From positions 25,665-89,664 of the forward strand of contig JAAZLO010000028.1 in assembly GCA_012689375.1 (NCBI GenBank): 64,000 nucleotides of DNA. The letters are read 5' to 3'. The notes under the pieces were generated by a model, which ran no database searches, was not told the DNA's origin, and was given only the letters and a program-made list of their open reading frames with translations. The position numbers and the translations under genes were made by a program. Below are positions 22,281 through 31,987 of this stretch, in pieces. Source of the DNA: Bacillota bacterium. Lineage in GTDB: Bacteria; Bacillota; SHA-98; UBA4971. Every line of letters starts with the position of its first letter. Within the stretch, counting starts at the first letter, position 1.

Positions 22281-23510
22281 CTAAAACAATATTACACTGA
22301 CCCAATCACCTTTTTCCACACCTTCAGCATGCTCAGGAACGATCATTACACCGTCAGAACTGATAAGCCCGGAAATCGCGGCGGATTTACTGAAGATCGG
22401 TTCAGCCCATACTTCCCCTTTTTCTCTAAAGAGTCTGACACTAAGGTAGTCCTCCCGCCCTGCGGCAGAAGCTACATTTCGGATGACCCTGGCCTGTATG
22501 GTCTGTCTGTAAAGCGTTCCCCCCATCCATCTTGCAATTGCAGGGGCAACAAAAAGGTTAAACACAATCATACAGGACATAGGGTGGCCGGGTAAACCGA
22601 TAATAGGTTTTTCATTGGCTACAGCGAGGATAGTGGGTTTCCCGGGTTTTATCGCAATACCATGAGTAATCACACCTGGACTGCCCAATGTCTGAATGGC
22701 ATTACGCGTAAAGTCCCGTTCCCCTATGGAACTCCCGCCGGATACAACAACCATATCCGATTCTTTATGGGCTTTAGCTATCATATCCTGCATGGAAGCA
22801 CAATCATCTTTTACAATACCCCATAGCTTCGGTATACCACCTATTGCTTGGATCCCGCTGTAAAGAGAATAAGCATTCATATCCCTGACCTGCCCCGGGC
22901 GGGGAATTTCATAAATATCGGTGAGCTCATCTCCGGTAGAAATTATCGCAACCCTAGGCCCTTGCGCAACTTCCACCTCGGTGATCCCTGTGGCTGCCAA
23001 AGCCGCTATATCAACAGGGCGTAGCCGCTTCCCCCGGGGAAGCATCAATGATCCGACGGGAATATCCTCTTCGGCACTTAGAACATTTTCCCCCGGTGCC
23101 ACTGAATCAGCCACTGCAATAATTTTATCATCCATTGCCTCGCACATTTCTACCATTATTACCGAATCCGCACCCTCAGGCATCATACCGCCTGTGGCTA
23201 TTTCCGCACATTCATGAGGATTAAGGGATAAATCGGTATGTTCACCCATACGAATTGAACCGACCAATGTAAGAAGAGCGGGGAGCCCTTCGCTTGCACC
23301 GAAAGTTGAGGATGCCGGGACTGCATAACCATCCTTGGTAGATCTGGCAAACCCGGGTAAATTCACAGGGGATATAATATCCTGAGCCGTAATACGGTTA
23401 ACGGCATTGCAAATATTAACTGTTTCAGTTTCATTCGGTCCGGCTTTGATATATTGCTTAAACTGATTCCACGCTTCGGCACGTGGAGTCAGAGACAGAA
23501 ACATTGTCAT
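22281..23510 (-). CDS. moeA: Molybdopterin molybdenum/tungsten-transferase MoeA, second paralog
   Basis: MoeA blocks are present (KDGYAV, ISTGDEL, GLPGHPMS). I set the start at MTMFLSL, which has a GGTGGA ribosome binding site 7 nt upstream. The tracker ORF extends further upstream. Either start overlaps the tupC 3' end by about 50 nt. Confidence 0.75.
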   Translation of the reverse strand: MTMFLSLTPRAEAWNQFKQYIKAGPNETETVNICNAVNRITAQDIISPVNLPGFARSTKDGYAVPASSTFGASEGLPALLTLVGSIRMGEHTDLSLNPHECAEIATGGMMPEGADSVIMVEMCEAMDDKIIAVADSVAPGENVLSAEEDIPVGSLMLPRGKRLRPVDIAALAATGITEVEVAQGPRVAIISTGDELTDIYEIPRPGQVRDMNAYSLYSGIQAIGGIPKLWGIVKDDCASMQDMIAKAHKESDMVVVSGGSSIGERDFTRNAIQTLGSPGVITHGIAIKPGKPTILAVANEKPIIGLPGHPMSCMIVFNLFVAPAIARWMGGTLYRQTIQARVIRNVASAAGREDYLSVRLFREKGEVWAEPIFSKSAAISGLISSDGVMIVPEHAEGVEKGDWVSVILF

Positions 23511-24273
23511 ATTGTTTTCCACCATCTTCCCGGAGAAGCCAATTAGCAGAACCTGCAAGTTGTGATAATGCACCACGCATTTCTTTATACAGCACCTGGC
23601 GCACATGACCGTCTGCTATAATTTTTCCGCCTTCCATAATTACTGTCCTGTCAGCAAGAAACGGGATCTCTGTAACATCATGAGTGACAAATACCGTTGT
23701 TACTCCGGTTTTTTTGATTATCCGCCCTAATTCCGTAAGAAGCGCCATCCTCGTGGGCACATCCAATGAACTCATGGGTTCATCAAGAAGTAGGAGTTCA
23801 GGTTTTAAAACCATGGCCCGCGCCAGGCTTACTCTTTGGCTTTCCCCTCCAGAGAGAGCGCGTCCATGCCGTTTCGCCAAATCTCCGATCCCGAAAAGAT
23901 CAAGGGTTTCATTAACTCTAGCTTCTACTTCGTTCTTAGGCACGCCTCTCATTCTAAGCCCAATAGCAACATTTTCGAAAACTGTGATATCCAGGAGGTA
24001 CGGCCTTTGTAGGACCATGGCCATGCGCCTCCTGGCTTCAATTACATTAATATCTTTGCCTACAATGCGCCCTCCGACACATACTTTACCTTCCCCCGGG
24101 TTGAGGAGGCAAGCTATTATCTGCAAGAGGGTACTTTTACCCGCACCGTTTGCACCTATCACAGCAACGTTTTCCCCGGGTAATACCTTAAAATCCGGGA
24201 CATCCAGGGTTATCCTTTGGCCCCTTTTAAGTTTAATATCCTCAAGTTCGATAATAGCCTGCCTCATATTCAC
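23458..24273 (-). CDS. tupC: ABC transporter ATP-binding protein (tungstate/molybdate uptake, TupC-like)
   Basis: Walker A motif GANGAGKST, signature LSGGESQRVSLARA, Walker B motif LLLLDEP. It has a ~40-aa C-terminal extension. Confidence 0.75.
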   Translation of the reverse strand: MNMRQAIIELEDIKLKRGQRITLDVPDFKVLPGENVAVIGANGAGKSTLLQIIACLLNPGEGKVCVGGRIVGKDINVIEARRRMAMVLQRPYLLDITVFENVAIGLRMRGVPKNEVEARVNETLDLFGIGDLAKRHGRALSGGESQRVSLARAMVLKPELLLLDEPMSSLDVPTRMALLTELGRIIKKTGVTTVFVTHDVTEIPFLADRTVIMEGGKIIADGHVRQVLYKEMRGALSQLAGSANWLLREDGGKQYDNVSVSDSTCRSVESV

Positions 24274-24311
24274 ACCTTTGTTTTCCTTTCCACTTACGCC
24301 CGAAATCTTAC

Positions 24312-25003
24312 TCAGCTCCGCTGTTGAATTCGGGTAAGGCTTGCATTAATAACATAGGTAATCGCCACTAAAATAATACTCAGTGCAATTGCAAATCCGA
24401 AATTACCTTTTGATACTTCCATGGAAGTTGCTGTGGTAAGCACCCTGGTTTGACCAAGCAGGTTGCCACCTACCATCATGGAAGCACCGACCTCTGCGAC
24501 TACTCTGCCGAATCCTGCCATAATTGATGCAAGCACAGAAAGCCTTGCCTCACGTATAAGAATGTACAGCAACTGCCACGGTGATGCTCCGAGGGAGAGC
24601 ATCTGCAGGCGTATACCTGGATCTAGCTGACCGACACCTGCCATAGTAAAACCTGTTATTATCGGCAAGGCTATCGCTGTCTGGGCAATAACCATGGCAG
24701 TCGGCGTATACATTATCCTAAGAAACCCCAAGGGTCCGGTCCGCCAAAGGAATATACTGACCCAGAGCCCGGCAACAACAGGGGGAAGGCCCATCCCGGT
24801 ATTGACAAGCCCTGCTATCCGTCGCCTTCCCCGATATGACCACAAGGAAAGCGCCGTTCCGAAAGGGACACCAATTACAGCACCAATTATGGTGGCAAGT
24901 CCGGAAACCCTGAGAGTCAGAAGGGCAATACGGAGCACTTCAGGGTCTCTGCTGATAAAAAGCTGAAAAGCGCCGGTAACCCCTTCTGCAATCAGATCCA
25001 ATT
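24312..25003 (-). CDS. tupB: ABC transporter permease (TupB-like)
   Basis: A 5-6 transmembrane-segment permease carrying the EAA-type loop. The likely start is a TTG 6 nt after a GGGTGAG ribosome binding site, immediately following the tupA stop. The tracker ORF extends upstream into tupA. Confidence 0.7.
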
Positions 25004-25008
25004 TTTTC

Positions 25009-25857
25009 TCACCCTTCGAGATCTTCCATGCTCTTATCTGCATCAGGGAAGAACAACGGGCTTCCGTACTTATCAACACCGAAGTCCTTGACAATACTTT
25101 GGACTTCTTCTGATACCATGAATTCTACAAATGCCTGTCCGCCACGTCCGTCCACAACTTTGTGCTTGTCCGGATTAACCTGCATAACGTGATAAATATT
25201 AAGAAGAATCGCATCCCCTTCCACTAATATTTCGAGGTCTAAGCGATCTTTCATTGAAAGGTACGTCCCCCGATCAGTTAGACAATATGCCAATTTTTCA
25301 TTGGCGATATTAAGTGTATTTGCCATCCCGGTCCCGGCTTCCAGGTACCATTCCTTACCTGACGGTTCAAACCCGAGCTTATTCCAGACTTGCAACTCTT
25401 TCTTATGTGTGCCTGAATCATCAGCCCTGGAAACGAATGTTGCTTTCGCATCTACGATCTTTTCCAAAGTTCCCAAAGCGGATTTAAGGCCTTTAACTCC
25501 TGCGGGATCCTCAGGCGAGCCTACAATTACGAAGTCATTATGCATTACAAGTTGCCTGTTAATTACATCCCCGGCTTCAACCAGTTCCATTTCTGCAGCG
25601 GGAGCATGACAAAGAAGTACATCTGCCTCACCCTTCTGACCAAGGGCAAGGGCTGCACCAGTTCCTACTGCAATTGTTTTTACATTGTATCCGGTTTTCT
25701 CTTGGAAGATTGGGAGAAGGACATCTAGAAGGCCGGTGTCCCTCGTGCTAGTGGTGGTTGCGAGTATGAGTTCCTTCGGGGCTCCGATGGCTGTAAATCC
25801 TACGCAGGCTAAAATCATTAAGGCAATAACGGAAATCAACATGAATCGTCTTGGCAT
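25009..25857 (-). CDS. tupA: Tungstate ABC transporter substrate-binding protein (TupA-like)
   Basis: Signal peptide followed by the diagnostic TupA motif ATTTSTRDTGLLD. 282 aa. The ribosome binding site AGGAGA is present. Confidence 0.8.
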   Translation of the reverse strand: MPRRFMLISVIALMILACVGFTAIGAPKELILATTTSTRDTGLLDVLLPIFQEKTGYNVKTIAVGTGAALALGQKGEADVLLCHAPAAEMELVEAGDVINRQLVMHNDFVIVGSPEDPAGVKGLKSALGTLEKIVDAKATFVSRADDSGTHKKELQVWNKLGFEPSGKEWYLEAGTGMANTLNIANEKLAYCLTDRGTYLSMKDRLDLEILVEGDAILLNIYHVMQVNPDKHKVVDGRGGQAFVEFMVSEEVQSIVKDFGVDKYGSPLFFPDADKSMEDLEG

Positions 25858-25865
25858 TTAATAAC

Positions 25866-26000
25866 ATCTCCTTTCCAAGTATGGGAGGCTGCCAGGTTCC
25901 CCTGGGAGCCCTCGGATCACACCTGTAATTGTGTGATCGCCGGTCAACTTGCCATTACCGTGTTCTTTGAGGCAAGATGACTCGGAGAAAAACTTATTGT
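25866..26000 (-). promoter_or_regulatory. Molybdenum-cofactor (Moco/Tuco) riboswitch candidate in the tupA leader
   Basis: The minus-strand leader reads ...CUCCGAG...CCGAGGGCUCCCAGGGGAACCUGGCAGCCUCCCAUACUUGGAAAGGAG AUG. The E. coli moaA Moco aptamer 3' half reads CCAGGGCGAAGG...GCCUCCCGUAUCUGGAAAGG. In both, the terminal CCUCCC...GGAAAGG overlaps the ribosome binding site. Confidence 0.55.
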
Positions 26001-26030
26001 CTGTCCCCCAGAATCACCCCCTACTGTTTC

Positions 26031-27497
26031 CTAATACAGCATAAATCTAATATGGTAATTGCGAACGGTTTGGGTATATTCCCTATCATCCCCACAAATA
26101 TCAGGAGGAACCGTATCGCCTGTCTTTACATCCTTTTCGTCACTATCATACACAAATTGCGGAGGATTGCAAGAAGCCAAAGTTATATCCCCCCGGGAAA
26201 TATTATAATTATCAACTAATTCCGTGCCAGGATAATAATGCTGTAGTATATCAATATAATCATAGATAGGGGTCCCGTCCCTTGTACACATGAGAGCCAT
26301 ACCTTGTGCCCCCCACTGGCTTAAACCGACACCGTGACCGCTCCCTACACCGTCGAACACCAAAACAGTTGAAGATTTGATTTCCTTTATACCATTAATA
26401 ATTATCTCCTGCCCGTCACTTTTACGCACGGCAATATCAAATCTGGGGCTTGCCAAACCAATCCTGTGACGAATTTGTTCCCTGGTAAAACTTACTGTTT
26501 TGTCCCCGGTGCGAAAATTATATGCCAGTATCTTATCGCCTGATCGAATGGAAGGTTCAATCCAGCCTGAACCATTAAGAGGTAATCCTATCTTTTTAAA
26601 GAGATCCTCACCTTTTAAAACAAGGGGCTTATCCCAGCGGTAGTAAGGGGACATCCAGTCGAAATCTTCCCTTGCGATAAGGTAGGGCTCGTTACTTCCC
26701 CCTAACCATACCTCCTCATCACCTTCGGTTTTTCCGCCTCCTGAAGAAAAATAATGAGCTTTGATAGGGATATCCTCATAAATTAGGACTTCGCCATAGG
26801 TTTCGTGAACTGCATCCTTAAATGCCCTAATTTGATTTTCTCCTGTATACACTTGGGATAATACAGTATCGTCTACATCAAAACTACAAGACGCTTTTTC
26901 AAACTTTTGCCTTAAAGCATAAGTCCTGGATGCAACAGCTTGGGCTTTAAGCGCCTCAGGTGCCCATGTAGAATATACCTCTCCCGCGAGCACGCCTTCA
27001 GTATAGGTTTCTAAATCTACAAGATTAATTATAATTATCTCAGGGGATCCTGACTGCGAAATCCCGTACGATATTTGAAGCCCTCCCGGATAGCATCTGT
27101 CTCCTATTTGGAAGGAGGAGCATCCGTACCGAACAGGCTCAATACGTAACCCATCGAAAAAAGAAACAGACTCACCAGATGGACAACAAAGGATAATTTC
27201 CTTTAGTATATTGTCTGTTTTTATTGTGAAAGGACTGTTTGATCTGGTAAGAGTCATTTGTTGATCTGTACTTTCTCCCTTATATAACAAGCCCTTATCC
27301 ATATCCTTATATTCCGTGGGTGTTAATGGGAAAACACAGGCATCTTCTTTCAGATAAAACTGAAACGGAGGGGTTACGGATAATGCAACCCTCATAATAA
27401 TCCGGGGCTCCCCTCCCAATACTGATCTGCAGCAAACTATAATAAAAACAATTATCATGATTGCCGGGAAAACAATCCTACGCATGAATTCTTTCAT
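26031..27497 (-). CDS. SpoIID/LytB-domain protein with an extra N-terminal domain
   Basis: The C-terminal ~300 aa carry SpoIID/LytB signatures (AVASRTYAL, YFSSGGGKTEG). N-terminal transmembrane segment. At 488 aa it is longer than canonical SpoIID. Confidence 0.7.
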   Translation of the reverse strand: MKEFMRRIVFPAIMIIVFIIVCCRSVLGGEPRIIMRVALSVTPPFQFYLKEDACVFPLTPTEYKDMDKGLLYKGESTDQQMTLTRSNSPFTIKTDNILKEIILCCPSGESVSFFDGLRIEPVRYGCSSFQIGDRCYPGGLQISYGISQSGSPEIIIINLVDLETYTEGVLAGEVYSTWAPEALKAQAVASRTYALRQKFEKASCSFDVDDTVLSQVYTGENQIRAFKDAVHETYGEVLIYEDIPIKAHYFSSGGGKTEGDEEVWLGGSNEPYLIAREDFDWMSPYYRWDKPLVLKGEDLFKKIGLPLNGSGWIEPSIRSGDKILAYNFRTGDKTVSFTREQIRHRIGLASPRFDIAVRKSDGQEIIINGIKEIKSSTVLVFDGVGSGHGVGLSQWGAQGMALMCTRDGTPIYDYIDILQHYYPGTELVDNYNISRGDITLASCNPPQFVYDSDEKDVKTGDTVPPDICGDDREYTQTVRNYHIRFMLY

Positions 27498-28230
27498 CCC
27501 CCGAGAGATTCATAGCTACAATATGACCGCCGCGAAACACAGGAACCACCTGGACACAATCGATTTTCGACGCTGCCGTAACATCCATACCGAACCCTGC
27601 ATTAATAAGATTTTGACCATGGGTCGTTTGGGATAATGCCTTTTCCAGTTGGTTCTGTAAAGTGTTGTAAAGAAGATGAGCAGTGTGGTACCCGTCAGTC
27701 CCTTCAATGTCCCCAGGCATTAAGGTATTAAACCTTTCTGCAAATCCCCCTGCGCAAATCGCATCTTCCATCGCAAAGTTCCCATCCTGACCTGCGCAAA
27801 CAATAAGAATATCCTTTTTAAGGCCTACAGCAACCTCACAACAAGCAGATATATTCCAAAATCCGCCTACTATTACTTCATAAGCTGCTTTTACAAGTCT
27901 TATTGCTTTTGTCCCGTTTGTCGTTGTCATTATAAGCTTCTTACCCTGCACCCGGTCTTTACTAAATTCCAACGGGGAGTTACCAAGATCAAAACCCTCA
28001 ATTTTCTGGCTTTTTCTTTCTCCACATAAAAGATAGTCGTCTCTGACATAGGCCCTGGATATATCCATGGCTTCCTCTACAGAGACAGTAGGAATTACCC
28101 CGTTACAGCCGTTAGCAATGGCATTTGCTATACAGGTACCTGCCCTCAGGACATCAATAACAATTACCGTGATGTCCTCCAGATTTTTACCCCCGATTTC
28201 CTGAGGCACTAATGCCACATCAACATACAC
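27478..28230 (-). CDS. 2-phosphosulfolactate phosphatase family protein (ComB-like)
   Basis: About 250 aa with the ComB-family pattern (VIVIDVLRAGT, GNSP, MTTTNGT). Confidence 0.6.
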   Translation of the reverse strand: MYVDVALVPQEIGGKNLEDITVIVIDVLRAGTCIANAIANGCNGVIPTVSVEEAMDISRAYVRDDYLLCGERKSQKIEGFDLGNSPLEFSKDRVQGKKLIMTTTNGTKAIRLVKAAYEVIVGGFWNISACCEVAVGLKKDILIVCAGQDGNFAMEDAICAGGFAERFNTLMPGDIEGTDGYHTAHLLYNTLQNQLEKALSQTTHGQNLINAGFGMDVTAASKIDCVQVVPVFRGGHIVAMNLSGDERIHA

Positions 28231-28272
28231 GCCTTACGCGACCTCCTCCCACACTCCGACAATACCTAGGGG

Positions 28273-29214
28273 TTAACTGTCGAATCCCTGAGTCATATCA
28301 TCTATCATTTCTTGCAGTGCACCTTTGTTAGGTACCCAATATTGCTTAGAAAAATCCCCGGGCATAGTCTCAGTAAATACATTTCCCCGTGTCTTGATAA
28401 CGAACCATCCCGCTGAAGCCATGTCTCGCTGGGATAAATCCGTGTTTACATATTCCAGCAAAATCTTGGCCAATTGGGGTATTTTACGTATATTTTCACG
28501 GTTTGCAATCTCACCGATGACGGTTCCGATTAGATTCTGTTGCCTTCCCACACGGGTTATGTCTCCAAGGACATCTGCCCTGAACCGAACATATTGAAGG
28601 GCTTTTTCGCCGTCTAACATCTGTTTCCCCTTTTTAATATCGACTTTAAGCCCACCTGCTTTATCTACGTAATGCATATCCCTGTCTACTTCTACTTCAA
28701 TACCGCCAATGGCATCTATAACTCCGATAAACCCCTGAAAGTCCACCTCTGCATAGCGATCTACAGGCATCCCAATAAGTTCTTCTACAGTCTTTATAAT
28801 TAACTCAGGACCTCCGTAAACATAAGACGCATTAACTTTGCCAATCCCCCGCCCCGGAATATTAACCCTGGTATCCCTGGGTATTGATATTACATACGAT
28901 TTACCCTGTTTAGGATTCATGGAGACAATAATAATGGTATCAGCACGCCCCGGGCCTTGCATTACCCTACCCTTGTCATCATAGCTTTGATCTATTCCAA
29001 GCAGCAAAAAGTTTATGGGCCTGTCCTTAACTTTAAAGGTAGATGTAAGAGATAAATAGGATCCCACAACCATGAGAAAGGTTATTATAAGAACACCTAT
29101 ACATACGGCGACCATAAATATAATACGACCGGATGTAGGTTTATAAGGCTCTTTTTGTTGTTCCAAAGGGGCGGAAGAATTGTCTTCCGGATCACCGAGT
29201 TTAGATTGTGTCAT
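28273..29214 (-). CDS. LytR-CpsA-Psr (LCP) family cell-envelope phosphotransferase
   Basis: N-terminal transmembrane anchor followed by an LCP core (LLLGIDQS...GRADTIIIVS...ISIPRDT...VNASY). Confidence 0.8.
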   Translation of the reverse strand: MTQSKLGDPEDNSSAPLEQQKEPYKPTSGRIIFMVAVCIGVLIITFLMVVGSYLSLTSTFKVKDRPINFLLLGIDQSYDDKGRVMQGPGRADTIIIVSMNPKQGKSYVISIPRDTRVNIPGRGIGKVNASYVYGGPELIIKTVEELIGMPVDRYAEVDFQGFIGVIDAIGGIEVEVDRDMHYVDKAGGLKVDIKKGKQMLDGEKALQYVRFRADVLGDITRVGRQQNLIGTVIGEIANRENIRKIPQLAKILLEYVNTDLSQRDMASAGWFVIKTRGNVFTETMPGDFSKQYWVPNKGALQEMIDDMTQGFDS

Positions 29215-29258
29215 ATTGACGTACTCCTTCGTATTATCCCGGGTTTTCCATTAAAGTT

Positions 29259-30284
29259 TTATTCTAAGGAAAGGCTAGGCGAAGCTGGCAAATCCAAGGG
29301 ACTACTTCCTTTAAGCAATAACTGAAAATATCCTACACAAGTCACCATTGCGGCATTATCCGTACATAAAATAGGCGAAGGATACTTAACATCCACACCT
29401 CTCTCTTGTGCACGTAAATACAATTCCTGTCTTAGCCTGGAATTGGCTGCCACTCCACCGGCCAAAGCAACAATAGGTGTATGTTTTTTAGAAGCGGCTT
29501 TCAAAGTCTTGTCCACAAGGACATCAACTACTGCTTCTTGAAAACTTGCCGCAATATCCGGCACAGATATTTCCTCACCCCCTGACTGTGCTTTGGCCAA
29601 ATAATTTACTACTGATGTTTTTAGGCCGCTAAAACTAAAATCATAAGAGCCTGCCTCAAGGAATGCCCTGGGGAAACGTACGGCTGAGGGATTACCGCCT
29701 TTCGAAACCTCATCTATTGCCGGACCTCCAGGGTAATCCAGGCCAAGAGCTCTGGCAACTTTATCAAAAGCCTCACCTGCAGCATCATCCCTGGTTCTGC
29801 CTAAGACTTCATAATCTCCATAGTCTCTTAAGTATATCAGATCACTGTGACCCCCTGAAACCACCAAACAAACAAACGGAGGCCTAAGATGGGGATGTTC
29901 AAGAAAGTTCGCGTACATATGGGCCTCTATATGATTCACCCCTATAAAAGGTATGTTTAACGCCACTGCAAGAGCTTTTGCAGCAGATAGACCTACAAGC
30001 ACTGCACCTACCAGGCCAGGGCCGTAGGTTGCCGAGACAGCAGTAATATCCGGGAGGGTTACCCCTGCCTTGTCCAGGGCTTTCTCAATTACAGGAATAA
30101 TTGTTTCCACGTGCTTGCGGGAAGCCACTTCAGGGACAACACCGCCAAATTGTCTATGCAACTTAACTTGTGATGCAATTATATTAGATCTGAGATTAAG
30201 ACCGGAAGGAGAAAGATCTCCTGTACCTTCCAATACTGCCACAGCTGTTTCATCACAGCTTGTTTCAATACCGATGATAATCAT
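29259..30284 (-). CDS. tsaD: tRNA N6-adenosine threonylcarbamoyltransferase TsaD (Kae1/YgjD)
   Basis: The N-terminus MIIIGIETSCDETAVAV is present, along with metal-binding His residues (HIEAH). 341 aa. Confidence 0.9.
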   Translation of the reverse strand: MIIIGIETSCDETAVAVLEGTGDLSPSGLNLRSNIIASQVKLHRQFGGVVPEVASRKHVETIIPVIEKALDKAGVTLPDITAVSATYGPGLVGAVLVGLSAAKALAVALNIPFIGVNHIEAHMYANFLEHPHLRPPFVCLVVSGGHSDLIYLRDYGDYEVLGRTRDDAAGEAFDKVARALGLDYPGGPAIDEVSKGGNPSAVRFPRAFLEAGSYDFSFSGLKTSVVNYLAKAQSGGEEISVPDIAASFQEAVVDVLVDKTLKAASKKHTPIVALAGGVAANSRLRQELYLRAQERGVDVKYPSPILCTDNAAMVTCVGYFQLLLKGSSPLDLPASPSLSLE

Positions 30285-30751
30285 TTAATATCTGGATTCC
30301 TCCACATTATTACAGCGTCTTCCCCGTCATCCCGGTAATAGCCCGGCCTTATCCCTACGCTTACAAACCCTGTTTTCCTATAAAGCCTTTGGGCCACGGT
30401 ATTAGACGCCCTTACTTCAAGAGTTATAGAATTTACCCCCTGGGATTCAACGTAGTCGATAGCGGTTACCAAGAGTTTTTCTCCGATCCCTTTTTTGCGG
30501 AAATCTGGATGGACCGCAATGTTGGTAATATGGGCCTCACCTAATATCAACCATACCCCCACATATCCGACTACTGCCCCGTCTGCTTTATCTTTGGCTA
30601 CGAAATAACGGGCTCTTTTATTATCATAAAGTTCTGCCAGAAAAGCATATCGTGACCACGGAGTGGAAAACGAAACCTTTTCGATCTCAATGACCGCCCT
30701 AAGATCCGCCCTTTTCATAGGGATGATTTCTACTTCCATTACCCTTAACAT
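30281..30751 (-). CDS. rimI: Ribosomal-protein-alanine N-acetyltransferase (GNAT)
   Basis: 156-aa GNAT fold with the acetyl-CoA motif (RKKGIGEKLL). It sits between tsaB and tsaD, as in the Firmicutes t6A operon. Confidence 0.75.
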   Translation of the reverse strand: MLRVMEVEIIPMKRADLRAVIEIEKVSFSTPWSRYAFLAELYDNKRARYFVAKDKADGAVVGYVGVWLILGEAHITNIAVHPDFRKKGIGEKLLVTAIDYVESQGVNSITLEVRASNTVAQRLYRKTGFVSVGIRPGYYRDDGEDAVIMWRNPDIK

Positions 30752-30773
30752 ACTCCTTCAGTTTATATCGGAT

Positions 30774-31478
30774 TTAAGTCCCCTCCGCGCTTGACTTACC
30801 CATATAGAAAGGTACAAGATCGCGTGGATCCGTAATATCTCCGGCATTTATCTTGGACTGTCCCATGATTGCAACTACCGAAGGCTTGGGACCTAAATAC
30901 CAGGGAGGGCCTATAACAGCCTGTTCCATAAGGTTTTCTTGAATAAATTGTTTGTGCCGTACAGCACCGTCACCGAGAAACATAATTTTGCAGTCTTCAG
31001 AATTGTATATATAGCCCTTTTCTTTAATATTGTTAATTACCTCGTCTATTTTTCCTACGCTGTATTCTGCTGCCCGTTGGATATCCGACCCATCTATGTT
31101 ATATACAGCATTATAGACGATATTCCTTCTGGCACAAATAAGGGGGCATACAGGTATTTTCATAAACGGGACATTTGCTGCAACAGCATCAAGGGTAACC
31201 ACTGCACTAATGGGGATATTCAACGAATAGCCAAGGACTTTTGCCATTGTAACCCCAATTCGCGTACCAGTAAAAGAACCAGGCCCTACAGACACGGCAA
31301 TGCCTTCCAGATCTTTTGTGTTCCAATCTAAGTCTTTCAGCATCCTGTCAAGGACACCCATAAGGCCTTCTGAATTTCGCCTGGTAATATAAGCGTTAAA
31401 TTCAGATACAATTTGCCCGTTATCAATAAGGGCTATTCCCCCTGTAAATGTCGACGTGTCAATCCCCACGACACGCAA
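30774..31478 (-). CDS. tsaB: tRNA threonylcarbamoyladenosine biosynthesis protein TsaB (YeaZ)
   Basis: The N-terminus MRVVGIDTSTFTGGIALI shows an inactive Kae1-like fold. 234 aa. Confidence 0.8.
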   Translation of the reverse strand: MRVVGIDTSTFTGGIALIDNGQIVSEFNAYITRRNSEGLMGVLDRMLKDLDWNTKDLEGIAVSVGPGSFTGTRIGVTMAKVLGYSLNIPISAVVTLDAVAANVPFMKIPVCPLICARRNIVYNAVYNIDGSDIQRAAEYSVGKIDEVINNIKEKGYIYNSEDCKIMFLGDGAVRHKQFIQENLMEQAVIGPPWYLGPKPSVVAIMGQSKINAGDITDPRDLVPFYMGKSSAEGT

Positions 31479-31941
31479 TACTACTCAACTCCTTGATCAT
31501 GTGCTCATATTTTTGCCCATATGGTTTAATAATGATTTCCCTAACGTTGTCATCTTCTCCATCCGGATGCCTTATTGTAATATCTAATCTCTCATCAGGC
31601 AAAATTGATAATACTTGATCAGCCCATTCTAAGACCACCACACCGTCACCATATAAATAGTCCTCAATTCCTATGGTTTCGATATCAGCGGGCGTTGTTA
31701 ACCTATACACATCTACGTGATAAAGGGGGATCCTGCCCATATGTTCATGAATAAGGGTAAATGTAGGGCTGGTAATATTACCCTTTATATTCATTCCTTT
31801 TGCAATCCCCTGAGTAAATACGGTCTTGCCCGCACCAAGATACCCAATAAGCCCTATTACATCGCCTGGGGTAAGAAGCCTGCCTGTCAGCTCCCCAATT
31901 CTCCTGGTTTCTTCGGGACTAAATGTCTTAATAACAAACAA
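31459..31941 (-). CDS. tsaE: tRNA threonylcarbamoyladenosine biosynthesis ATPase TsaE (YjeE)
   Basis: P-loop GYLGAGKT. 160 aa. It overlaps the tsaB start. Confidence 0.8.
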   Translation of the reverse strand: MFVIKTFSPEETRRIGELTGRLLTPGDVIGLIGYLGAGKTVFTQGIAKGMNIKGNITSPTFTLIHEHMGRIPLYHVDVYRLTTPADIETIGIEDYLYGDGVVVLEWADQVLSILPDERLDITIRHPDGEDDNVREIIIKPYGQKYEHMIKELSSIACRGD

Positions 31942-31987
31942 GCACTAAACCTCCTGCCTACAAATTCAAAAAGATTATACCATACTG

